Origin: Octopus bimaculoides | Lineage: Eukaryota | NCBI RefSeq assembly: GCF_001194135.2 | Contig: NC_068982.1 | Span: 76,963,573-77,027,572 of the forward strand | Length of the DNA stretch: 64,000 nt | Reading direction: 5' to 3' | Part shown: one piece after another, positions 48,327 through 59,790 of the stretch | Layout: every line of letters starts with the position of its first letter | How positions within the stretch are numbered: the first letter of the stretch is position 1 | Notes under the pieces: generated by a model | The model's database searches: none | What the model was told of the DNA's origin: nothing | The model's input: only the letters and a program-made list of their open reading frames with translations | Program-made: the position numbers and the translations under genes

Positions 48327-51300
48327 CTAAAGAAAGAAAGAAAATGAATCAAAACATGAAACAAATACAGACATAAGTATTGTGAGATAAGGAATTAAAC
48401 TTACGAATGTAATTTTTGTGTCTTTCCATGGAAGATACAGCATCCTGATGGGAACTGAAGTCAACATCTGCTTCTCCAGTTGGCCTGTTATTTCTATATT
48501 CAAATTCCATCCTGATTGGATCCAAAGGTCTGAAGAACTGCAAATCAGACAAAAGTTTATGATGGCATGCACACACAACATGCATGTAAAACAAGACCAA
48601 TTTGAAAATATACTTACATCTCTAATATCCTGTTCAATAGCTTGGAATGGTAGACCTCTCATGTGTACAGAATGTCCAGATTTGCTGACATACATACTGC
48701 CAGGTGTTGCACCTTTTGGTCTTGCAAAAGATCCACCTTGTAATCGACCTCTGGTTTGAGGACGAAGATTTCCTCTTCTGTTGAGACCACCAAAACCCAT
48801 GCCACCACCATAACCACCTCCATACTCATCATAGTCATCTTCAAAGAATCCTACAAAAACAAATACAACCATAAATTAAAGTGGTCTAAGTTTACATAAA
48901 GGAATCAAGACTTATGTTCATTAAAACATGAAACACCCACCTTTGACATTTCTGCCACCTCTTCCTCGACCATAACCACCAGCAGCAAAGCCACCACCAC
49001 CCATGGCATTCATACTGCCTCCAAAACGATCATTTCTATCATAAGGACCAGGTCTGTTACCAGCCATGAATCCTAGATTACGTTGTCGTGGTGGTCCAAC
49101 ATTTGCGTAAGCCTCTTGCAATGTACTAGGGAATATTTCAATATATCTAAAATAAGAGAGGAACAATATTAACACTGGCACAATGCTTAAAAACATGAAT
49201 AGAAAACATCCCCATTTATACACAGGATACTGAAATTTACGTCAAAGATAATGCATTACAAGTTTAAGTTATTTATATTTCAGTATCCTGTGTATTAAAT
49301 AAAGGGGGGAAAAATAAAGAAAACTGAAAAAACCCATTCACACATCATCTACACACTAGTCACTAGATTTAGCCAGGTTATGTTGCTACTGTAATACTAA
49401 GTAGCTCATTCAGCCAAAACCCTTAACACTAGGGACATTTGAATGATCAAGCTTGAGAATTCATAACATTCAGGATTTTTTTTTGTCTTCCTTCTTTCCC
49501 AAAGAAGTTACACAATTACTTGAGGAATAACATCCGAAGATCCCCACCAACCAAATAATACTACCTTCAAGCTTGATCAAATCAAAAACCCATATAAAGA
49601 ACATCTAGTTTCAAACGAAAATACATGCACAAATGACAAACTATAATTTGAAATCTGTTACCAAAAAATAGAAATTCAGAAATACTCCTGCAAGCTAAGG
49701 AGGAACCAGTCTCAGTTTCATTTTATAAAGATTTCATGTATGTATTAAATGTATCCATTAGAAAATTGCCAGTATTCACTAATACTCAAACAGGCCATAA
49801 ATTTAGCTAACAGAAAATATACTAGTCCAGATGAATTTTATCCAATTCAAATTGCCCATTAAGTGAATTTTTCAAAAAAGCCTATCTTAACCTTGGGCAA
49901 AAATAACTAAAGAATGGATCCAGGCCACTCACTAAATATAGGCTGAATGAGCTTTTACATATAAAATTACAATTTTTTTTTTTTAATCTTAAAACAACCC
50001 TTCTTAACTCCAGTATAATTCATTTAAAATTTAATCTACAATGATGATAATACAAAAACAATTACAGAACTTTATAGAAAGAAAAAACAAAATCAAAACA
50101 CAGAAAAATGCTTTTCATAGAATTATAAGAGAGGCACAATGTTTTAAGCCAACCAGATTTTACTTTGAGAATGAAAAGAATCAATTTATTCAACGAAAAT
50201 TTTATATGAAAAAATATTTGAAAGAAAAGCATTTTTCCAGTGTGCAAATTTATCCCAATATAAATTATTAAAAATTAAAAAAATTAATCCAGTCATTCAA
50301 ACTCAGCACACAAACCAACAATAGATAAGCCCCAACAGGCCCATCCGTCCTCCCACCTGTGCCCCAGTCTTGCCATGTGTTTATCCAATGCTTTTTTGGC
50401 TATTTCTGGTGATGCATACTGTACATAGGCCTCCCCCGTGCTGCGCCCCTGTCGGTCCTCAGGTAGCATAATCCCATTGGGGACAATCTCCAGCCCTACA
50501 CACCCGTCCCAATCAGAAAGACACATAATGAAGCAACAAGTGAAACTTATCATGCAAAAAATATTAAAAACCAATTTAAATTAAGATAAAAATATCAAAG
50601 TGCATACAAAAAAGTTAAATATTCAAAATACAAACATTATAATAAGGTGGGTTTTTTTTTAAATACAAGCCCAACCTTTAAAATTCGATCAACATTATTA
50701 TTCTTCATAACTAATAAATTAGCAATTTAACATTAATAAACAAGATATAAATATATATATATTTACAGTATTTAACAAGCTATTTCATTTAAAAACATTT
50801 TCTATATATCATTCCAATAAGCTAACAAAACAGGAAGAAAGGACTAACTTGAAACAAATAAAAAAAAAAATACAACTCAAGAGCCTTATAATTTTTATAC
50901 AATCAAAATTTAAATTACAAAATTACATCAGCAGAACATTTACAATACAAATACATGGCAATGTACAAACAAGATTAACAATTCAATATCTAAAATGGTT
51001 AATTTAGAAAATAGCAAAGTATACAAATTTTTCCCTATTAAAATATTACAGCTCTGTAATTAAGTACATATAATCAACAACCTACACAATCTCAAAAAAA
51101 TAAAAAAGGGACAGGGAAACTTACTACCAGCATCTGAAAAACGATAATTAAGGGGAACAATATATACAGGTAAATATATAACATCTAACTATATACACTA
51201 TTTAGACTACAAACTTGACCACATATCTTTATAGAAATTATAAAGCAAAGGTAGAGACCAAGCTCCTGCAATAATTTCTTACACTGATAATGCAGTTATT

Positions 51301-53586
51301 TGTAGTCAGTCAGATACTGATTACAACTAAAAAGTCCATAAAAAAAAAACTATTCAGTTGTAAAGAAAAAATCTTACCTGTGAAAAATTGAGCAATCTCT
51401 TCTTTTGAACATCCAAATGGCAATCCTCTCATCCTTACCACAGCATCACTTTGACCAGTCACCTGACTGGATCCAGCTCGCTTGATAACCCAATCCATCT
51501 CGCTTTTCTTAGATCTGAAGACTACAAACGGTTAGATTGAAAGCAATGTCGTTAGAAACCAAAATCCTTACTTTCCCCATTCCTAAATCTCCACAAGAAT
51601 TTACAGTAAATGTGAATAATAGATCAATTTCAAAGATATGAATGTAAAAAAGACATGGTTTTCTAGAAATACTAAATAAACGAAATGTTTTACTATGGTG
51701 ATGCTACAAACAGGATGTCCAGTATTTTGTCAATGATTCTAATTAAACATTGAGTTAAGTCTGCTTCTCAACCAAACGGTTTGAGGTTCATCCCATTGCA
51801 TGACACTTTGGCAAATGCCTACTGTAGCCCCAGGGTGATGGAAGCCTTGAGTAGTTGTAAACAAGTGTCACTAGTTTACAATATTCTGCAAAAGAACATG
51901 TCTGACCACAGGGAAATATCTTGCTTGGCAGCAGATGGTTAGCAAACAAGGGCATTCAACCATAGAAATCTGCCTTGAAAAACAAGCATAAAAAGTGAAA
52001 ACTAAAACAACTTCAGATTAGTAAACACAAATACATCCATATGTAAGATCACATTAAGAGAAATTGCTATCTTAGAGATACACCTACAATGACAAACACC
52101 TTTAAACTGCTGTCGCAATTGGAAGTATTTCGTTCCCAAAATTGTGAAAACATGTGTCCATGGAGGAATATTACCTTGCCTGGAAATAGGTGAGGGTTGG
52201 CAACCAGTTAAAATTTGCATCAAATTCCATGTGACTCATGAATAAACTGGATATTAACATTTCCCTTCCTGAAGTAAATATTTCATTTCCACTTCAGTAT
52301 TTCAAGTAAACCATTTTTTTTTTATACATTCCAATTATTTTCGAAATTGTGCCTTAATTTTCACATTTCCCAAATTTTTCATTCCTTACCTTCAATGTAT
52401 CTCTGACCCATATGAGCATTATTCTTTTTCAATGCCAGTTCCTTGTCCTCGTTGCTGACAAACTCCACAAAAGCCTCACCACTAGGTCGACCCTCTCTTG
52501 AGTAAGTGAAGTGAACTCCCATTTCCTCACCATAAACTCGGCAGCCTGTTGGAAATGGAAGGCAGATCCAAATAGATTCACACCATTTAAGATATTCAGC
52601 AAATCTCACNNNNNNNNNNNNNNNNNNNNNNNNNNNNNNNNNNNNNNNNNNNNNNNNNNNNNNNNNNNNNNNNNNNNNNNNNNNNNNNNNNNNNNNNNNN
52701 NNNNNNNNNNNNNNNNNNNNNNNNNNNNNNNNNNNNNNNNNNNNNNNNNNNNNNNNNNNNNNNNNNNNNNNNNNNNNNNNTTTTTTTTTGTTGCTCTAAA
52801 CCAGTGGTTCTCAACTAAGGGCCCCAGAAAAAATTTTGCTGTAGATAGATGTATGCAAGAAACGGTTAGGTTTCAACCTCCACAAGTTAATGTGAGGAAA
52901 AGATATGAATTTTGAAAGACCCTTCTACACGACTAGGTTTTAATCATCGAATGTCTGCGGGTCCACCAGAATAAAATAGTAATCAAAGGGATCCATAGAT
53001 AAAAAATGATTGAGAACCCTTGCTTTAAACGAATCCATCAAAACCGTTCATTAGGTAAATTACTCCTTTAAATGAAATAGGTATATAAATTTATCATGTA
53101 AACGTCCGACACTGGAGTCACAACAATGTAGAATTTTTTTTTCTTTCTTGAGTTCAAGGACTCATAAAACCGGTTAGCCGGTTTCCATGACCGAGTTCGC
53201 AACATTAGCTCTGAACTGGACGCCGGTCCGTTACATGGTTCAAAGCCAGCTATTTTGAGTGGAAAAGATTAAGTCATTTACATCAACTCCAGTACTTTAG
53301 TACTCTTTTATCGATCCCGAAGGGATGAAAGGAAAAGCTGAGCTCGGCAAGATTTGAAAAAGCTGCCGAGTATAGAAATGGCAGTTATTACATTTTATTT
53401 TGATGTGTTTTCCTTCTCTATATAAACCACTGCCTCTAAAACGAAAAACGGATGTAATACTAAAAAATTTCAGTCCAAACCTTCAAAGAACTTGAGAACA
53501 TCTGAGGCTGTGGCAGCCCATGGAAGACCACGGAGTCGCACAACACATCCCTCGTCGTCATTATGTTGATCTTGCGACTGTTGCAT
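48150..53586 (-). CDS. HNRNPF/H: hnRNP F/H family splicing factor (three qRRMs, Gly/Tyr/Arg-rich linker, Gly-rich tail), spliced gene span; 3' end of CDS unresolved next to the gap at 47775-48065
   Basis: Three qRRM signatures: VVRLRGLPW...[11 protein letters not shown]...MGQRYIEVF; [20 protein letters not shown]...[11 protein letters not shown]...LGHRYIEIF; [10 protein letters not shown]...[10 protein letters not shown]...RYIELFLNS. All eight exons join in phase. Confidence 0.95.
48405..48537 (-). CDS. HNRNPF/H: hnRNP F/H coding exon 7 (qRRM3)
   Basis: ttgcAG acceptor, TTC|GTAAGT donor; encodes [44 protein letters not shown]. Confidence 0.94.
48618..48850 (-). CDS. HNRNPF/H: hnRNP F/H coding exon 6
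   Basis: ttgtAG acceptor, GAT|GTAAGT donor; encodes [13 protein letters not shown]...[21 protein letters not shown]. Confidence 0.93.
48941..49146 (-). CDS. HNRNPF/H: hnRNP F/H coding exon 5
   Basis: tttAG acceptor, AAAG|GTGGGT donor; encodes YIEIFPST...RPGPYDR...[10 protein letters not shown]. Confidence 0.92.
49218..49295. repeat. Perfect 19-bp inverted repeat with 40-nt loop in hnRNP F/H intron 4
   Basis: ATACACAGGATACTGAAAT (49218-49236) and ATTTCAGTATCCTGTGTAT (49277-49295). Confidence 0.9.
50357..50495 (-). CDS. HNRNPF/H: hnRNP F/H coding exon 4 (139 nt, qRRM2, G-run flanked)
   Basis: gtgtAG acceptor, CAG|GTGGGA donor; encodes [47 protein letters not shown]. Confidence 0.95.
51378..51521 (-). 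CDS. HNRNPF/H: hnRNP F/H coding exon 3
   Basis: ttgtAG acceptor, CAG|GTAAGA donor; encodes [14 protein letters not shown]...[18 protein letters not shown]. Confidence 0.95.
52390..52545 (-). CDS. HNRNPF/H: hnRNP F/H coding exon 2 (qRRM1)
   Basis: aacAG acceptor, GAAG|GTAAGG donor; encodes [29 protein letters not shown]...GQRYIE. Confidence 0.94.
52802..53022 (+). mobile_element. hAT (Charlie-like) MITE in hnRNP F/H intron
   Basis: CAGTGGTTCTCAAC ... ATTGAGAACCCTTG termini; 8-bp TSD CTCTAAAC/CTTTAAAC. Confidence 0.78.
53481..53586 (-). CDS. HNRNPF/H: hnRNP F/H first coding exon (exon begins at 53645 with 5'UTR)
   Basis: ttctAG acceptor at 53647-53646, accATG, GAAG|GTTTGG donor; encodes [35 protein letters not shown]. 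Confidence 0.92.
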
Positions 53587-53938
53587 GGTGACAGCAAATT
53601 TACGAGAAATCTGGAAAGTGACTTCAAAAGACCTTGCTCAGCTCCCTAGAAATAAATATTTGTACTAAGTGATTAACTGGAGCAATTAATAAAATCAAGT
53701 TAAATTACAAGTTACAACATGAAAAAAAAAATACAAGTATGAACACGCTTTAGTTACGTTTATTACACGGAAGCAAAAAATATAAATAGTTGCCCTAATT
53801 TGAATTAAAATCAAGTTACGAAAAAAGAAAGTTTTCTGAAATGCCGATATATAAGAAAAGAAATAAAAATATAAAGTGAAGTAGAGCGTTCTAGTAAAAA
53901 GAAATGTCTAATGCTTTGAGTGTATATGTATGTATGTG

Positions 53939-53986
<48 letters not shown>

Positions 53987-55065
53987 TAAACCAATCCTTT
54001 GTATTTCCTCCTCTTACGACATTGCGATAAGTATCAGAGGAGGACGCCTGACTTAACAAAAGAATAGTGAAATGAGGACAACTATGAGTTACTTTGTATA
54101 ACGAAGCTTTTACTAAAATATAATAGTCAACACAAGAATAAACTACGTAGATTTTTTTTTAATACAAATAGAAGTAAAAAAGAAAACAATTGAATGTGGG
54201 CTTTGTTGAAAGCTGCCGCTCGCCATGATGGGGGGGGGGCAAATATAAAGCCTCACCGGTATTTTTTAACAAAAACAATATACATTCAATAATTTTCAAA
54301 CTAATAAAATAATATACGGGAATAAATATTTAAGGTATTCGTTTGAAGGCAAATAGCATGATGGTGCCAATTTTTTTAATGCTAAATGGTTTCAAATTGA
54401 AAGCTATGTTGGTTGAACAAGAAACGTGTAAAAGTGAAGTATTTTCTCAATATGGAGTTGATAACCTTTCTCTTCTTTTAACTCTTTTGTACTTTCAGTT
54501 CAAAATACCACTCAGAAACAAATTAAATAGAAATAATATTTTCGCAAATAAAAAATGTTCATTAGTACATATATTTAGACATTAAAAACGAAAGCTGTTG
54601 AGTGTTTTCTGAGGGAGAGGAATTGTTACGAAACATTTGTTAGAGACGAGTCAATGGCTGAAACAGTTTTTCCCGCCCAGACGGACTTCATTCGATATTT
54701 CAAGGAGAATTATGTTGTGATATCACTTAACGATAGAAACAGAATATCTTACAATAAAATATCGACTAACAAAATGCACATAAAAATATGCGAACAAATT
54801 TAAGATAAATAACGTAAAAATTAAAACAAAGAAGCGGAATTTTTTTTTTTTGTTCCTTGTCCGGCAAGACAAAAGATGGCACGTGCAGCCGATACGTGAT
54901 ACAAGATAAAACTACATTTTCCTTAAGATAATAACTTAAATTTAGAGCTAAATCGTAATTAATATTCCTCTTCACTCTTTATAAATTAAACAACTAAAAC
55001 TGTACTATATAATCATACATACAAACACCAAAACAGTTTCTTCCGCCTCCAAACCTGCGACTTAC

Positions 55066-55120
55066 CTTTTAGTTGACCTGCTAAAGATGGCGGAGAAAAA
55101 TTTTCGTTTCGTTATATACT
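55066..55120 (-). promoter_or_regulatory. hnRNP F/H non-coding first exon and core promoter (YY1-like motif, TATA-like element)
   Basis: Minus-strand donor AAAG|GTAAGT at 55065. AAGATGGCGG (YY1 consensus) at 55084-55093 on +. TATATAA on - at 55118-55112. The region is locally CpG-enriched. Confidence 0.6.
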
Positions 55121-56563
55121 AAAGGCTCATGGGAAATAATCTCAAGTCAAAATTCTTTTTATACATTTATATTAATAACATTTTTAATTCCTTAGAAATT
55201 AATTATTTTTATTAACAGAAAATTATTTCTATGATTAAATAAACTTATTCAATTTTTTTAAAAAGTTTTTTTTTAATGCTTCTGTTAGTAGAACGTAGCC
55301 ATATTGCCTGTTACCGCGTTTCATGGAATAGTCTTTGTCATCGGCTGTTATCGTAAACATCTACATCGGGCTTTAATTAAACTGACCATTTTTTAATTGG
55401 AAAGATCTTATTTTTTCACTCTGTATGCTTCTTTCTGGATGAACAATGAGTTTTCTCTTGTAAGTATAACTCCATTCGTATCCGGTTTTTTCAGCCAATG
55501 TTTATAATAGATCTTTCGTCATACAAACAATCTTATCTTATTTCGTTACAGCTAAAACAACGAAGCACATTACAAAGTGAAACTCTTTGAATTAAAATGT
55601 ACTTTCACGAAATTTTTGCAAATTAACCAATGTCTCACCATGCCATTTCTTACTGGATGTCATTGAATGATTAGTTTATGAAAGTTTCTTTTTTGGTTGA
55701 GTGAGCTATCGATTTCTATCGATCATCAAACGTCATTTGGTTTTGACGTAGATTTTATTTTACAGTATCCTGTGTTATCATTTCCACCCTCTCGTCGCAA
55801 TAATTTTAGAATTTCTTTATAAAAATCTTTCCTTTTTAATTAATCCTCGATTGGAAAAAAACTTTTTAACTTCATTCCCCGGCTTCAATGTTTGGACTTT
55901 TCAGTATCTGCCATTGTCACCTAAACAATGATTATTCCATCTCAACATCTTCAGGAAATACACAAGAATTATTCTTATTACTATCGTTGTTACTCATGTT
56001 TTGTTTAACTAAAGTCTTAAAAAGTTTATATATCAGGTGTAATTAATGTAACGTTATATTACCATTTATTTGCCTTATATTGCGATCTCTTAAAGTGTTT
56101 AGTAAAAACTGTTATTGCATTTATCAATGAATGAAACCTTAGTGAAGTTGTTGTAGAAACTTCAAATATGAAGTGAATAATAATCAGTGATATTTTATTT
56201 TGTATCCTAAAGTTCATTGCAAGTTAACCATATAAAAGAAAAAGTTTACTTTTGTTTCCTTCATAATACTAGAGCTAGTCAAATTGCTTTCACTCTAAAT
56301 AGAAGATAATATAATGAAGAATTGCTAAGTATATTGTGTATGTATAGATATGCCTGTATACATTTGGTTTTAAGGAACTATGGGATGGTTACAATACTAG
56401 GCTGCCATCCTGAAAGTTGGTGGCATGATGTATTTGGGGGTCCTGGTGAATTCTTCAAACGACACGCTTCTCCACCTCTCTTTCAAAACAATTTGGAACT
56501 AATTACTGTTGTCGGACTTACAAGAAAACAATTCTTTCTAAAGAATCGTGTTAAAAAAAATTA

Positions 56564-57180
56564 GGCACTGTCATGGTATTAGCTGTCAGAAGCGAAAGTA
56601 GAAAAATCTAAACAAGGAATGTTACTGCTGGTTTGAGTTGAAATCTGTTTCTTTGGCTACTGACTGGCCGGAGCTATCTATCTATCTGTCTGTCTGTCTG
56701 TCTATCTCTCTATCACTCGTCCACCTTCGTTTGTTTCCGTAGAATTTATCAAATTAGAAAAAAAACACTTTTTGGCTACTTCCATCATGCTAGCTCCACA
56801 CGAGGGGCATATTTTGGGGGTATTTAAAAGTCCATGTCTCTTAAGCCAATTAATACTATTTTCTGTTGTAGCGGTGGCGATGGCAATATCGCGGTGATTA
56901 ATTCCAACTTTGGATTACGCGTGGTGGTGGTCATTGGCGGTGCTGATTGGTGTATGTGATTTGTTTTTAAAAACAATAATGAATAATGCAAAAATATATT
57001 TATTTATAAAGTTTAAACTGAACTTCATTTGTTTAAATTCTACGAGAGAGAGACAGAGACAGACAGATAGCTCCGGCCAGTCAGTAGCCAATGAAACAGA
57101 TTTCAACTCAAACCAGCAGTAACATTCCTTGTTTGGATTTTTCTACTTGCATTTCTGACAGCTAATACCATGACAGTGCC
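56564..57180. mobile_element. Non-autonomous DNA transposon with ~140-150 bp TIRs and an 8-bp TSD
   Basis: GGCACTGTCATGG...CCATGACAGTGCC termini. Arms at about 56564-56710 and 57046-57180 are reverse complements, flanked by AAAAATTA on both sides. Confidence 0.85.
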
Positions 57181-59109
57181 AAAAATTAATTTCAATAAAA
57201 CTTTATCTAAAGGGTTAATTAAAAGACAAAATGCAATTTTTTTGTATTACAAGTGGATATTGGACATATCTATGTACCTGTGTTGTGGTCTCGCCTGGGG
57301 TTGTCAACTTCTTAAATGTCTGGCTTTGAACTATTTCAAACAATCCTTTATTGCCTTTGAGTTAACGAGATACAGACACCCTCTCTGCATAAGTCGCAGG
57401 AATTAGCAGCCAAACCTTCAAATCACATGCTTGCCAACCTCTCAAAGTTCCAATGGTTCGTATTTAACTGGTTTCTTTCAGCTGTTTAGAGAATAACACT
57501 TTTGATACCCTGAAAGATTAAGCAGGAAAAGTTACTGTAATCCTCACAAAACTTTAATTCATTAAATGTCTCTCACTTTACTACCTGCCACCCACCCCCA
57601 TTTCGCTTGACTCCATGTTAACCTTAAGCAAGTAACAACATAGCTTCTGTCTTTTTCATAAATCAGCCTATATTGAATATTTAGAAAGAAATTATTGTGC
57701 CAAGATATCACACCATATTTAAAGTGGGTCAGTTTATTGCTTGTTGGGGAAAGTTAACCATTCAAGCAGTTGACATTACTTTGGAGACATTCAGAATATT
57801 CCAACGTTAATTGAAACAAAAATTGAGCTTTATTTTGAAATGTTAAACTTTGAAATATGGTAATGCTACGAATGTCTATTAACTCTAAGTAACCAATAGC
57901 ATGCTCAGTGGAATAGTAAAGTCTTGAATTTTCTTTTGCTTTTAGCCATTGTGCCAAAGCCATTCTGGTGCAGTTCCTTCAATGGTTTTAGTCAGTAATA
58001 TTGTTGTCAGTACTAAACTTCAATCTGGTACTTATTCTATTGAATTGCTAAGTTGTTCATTTTGACACAATACTGGGTTTACACTGGTTAACACAAAAAG
58101 GGAACACACACATACTGGAGATATGCAAGGGGATGGAATGAGGGGAACAGAAACTGGAAAAGTCAGTAGCACCAGCAGAGAGCTTCAAATGCAGTCGCTG
58201 CATACAAGTCTGATGCAAATTCTCCAGGCACCGATCCATGGCCTCTTGAGACCAGATGCTTGTTTACACACCCGCACACATACGTCTGTTCTGGTCATGC
58301 TTTACCTGTTTTCATGTCTTCACCTAAAATCATTACACTCTCTCTTTCTGCTACTCTCCGTTGTAGAGGCCTCTTTAGGCCCTTTAGTCATGCAAGGTGA
58401 CATCACTCAAGCTACTACCATAGAGTAAAGTACCCAGTACACTGTAAAGCCATGCTGTGTACTCTTTAGGAGGCTAGGAAGGGTATCCAGTTGGAGATAT
58501 CATGCCAAATCAAGCATTGCATCAAGATACATCCCCCAACTCATCAGACTGTCTTTGTTCTTGCATGGAGAGCAGACATTAAATGAGACAAATGCTATAT
58601 AATATACATGAGTCTTCTGCACTGTTTCCATCTTCCTAATTCCACTGAACAAAATATTGGTCATCTAGAGGCTAGAGTAGAAGACATTAGCCCAAGGTGC
58701 TGCACAGCAGAATCAAACTCTGAACCATGTGCCTGCAAAGCAAACATTTTAACAAGGCTTTGCCTGTGAAAACCGCATGTTATATTTCTAGTTATTCCTC
58801 TCCTGTGTGTGGTGGCCTTTAGAACCTGAGTAATATACTGTTGCTACGAGAAATATGAACTGCAAATAATATCAAGCAATTGAAACAACAAGTAATGTTT
58901 CTTTGAAATAATTGTTATTCAATCATAAAGTTATTGGTTTTTAATCCTCATGGTATCATGTTCAAATATGATTTTAAATTGAGAAATACCTGTTTCATGT
59001 TTTAAACCTCTTTCACACACATCCCTAACACATTTTTGAACTTCCTTTTGGTGAACATCTATGAAGAGAAGTTTCCCTATAAAATTGTCGTTAGAACTTC
59101 TGTGGTTTT

Positions 59110-59663
59110 TATATATATTCTTGTTTCAGTCATTTCACTGTGGCCATGCTGGAGCACCACTTTTAGTCGAGCAAATCGATCCCAGGACTTGTTCTTTGTA
59201 AGCCTAGTACTTATTCTATTGGGATCTTCGCTGAACCACTAAGTTACAGGGATGTAAACACACCAGCATCAGTTGACAAGCAATAGTGGATACACATACA
59301 CACACGACTAGCTTCTTTCGGTTTCCGCCTACCAAATCCACCGCAAGGCTTTGGTCAGCCAAGGCTATATAGTAGAAGACACGTACCCAAGGTACCACAC
59401 AGTGGGACTGAACCTGGAACCATGTGATTGGTAAGAAGTTACTTACCACACAGCCACATATATATATTCTATTTTATTTCTATTCTTTTACTTGTCATTT
59501 GACTGCGGCCATGCTGGAGCACCACCTTTAGTCGAGCAAATCGACCCAAGACTTATTCTTTGGAAGCCTAGTACTTATTCTATCGGTCTGTTTTGCCAAA
59601 CCGCTAAGTTACAGGGACGTAAACACACGACCGTCGGTTGTCAAGCAATGTTGGGAGGGACAA

Positions 59664-59739
<76 letters not shown>

Positions 59740-59790
59740 GACGGGCTTCTTTCAGTTTCCGCCTACCAAATCCACTCACAAGACTTTGGT
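59110..59790 (-). mobile_element. Two adjacent tRNA-headed SINE copies with a non-RTE tail (GGTGCTCCAGCATGGCC), the second with a long (CA)n
   Basis: GGCCATGCTGGAGCACCAC.TTTAGTCGAGCAAATCGA occurs at about 59141 and 59507; both copies share the CTACCAAATCCAC core. Confidence 0.75.
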
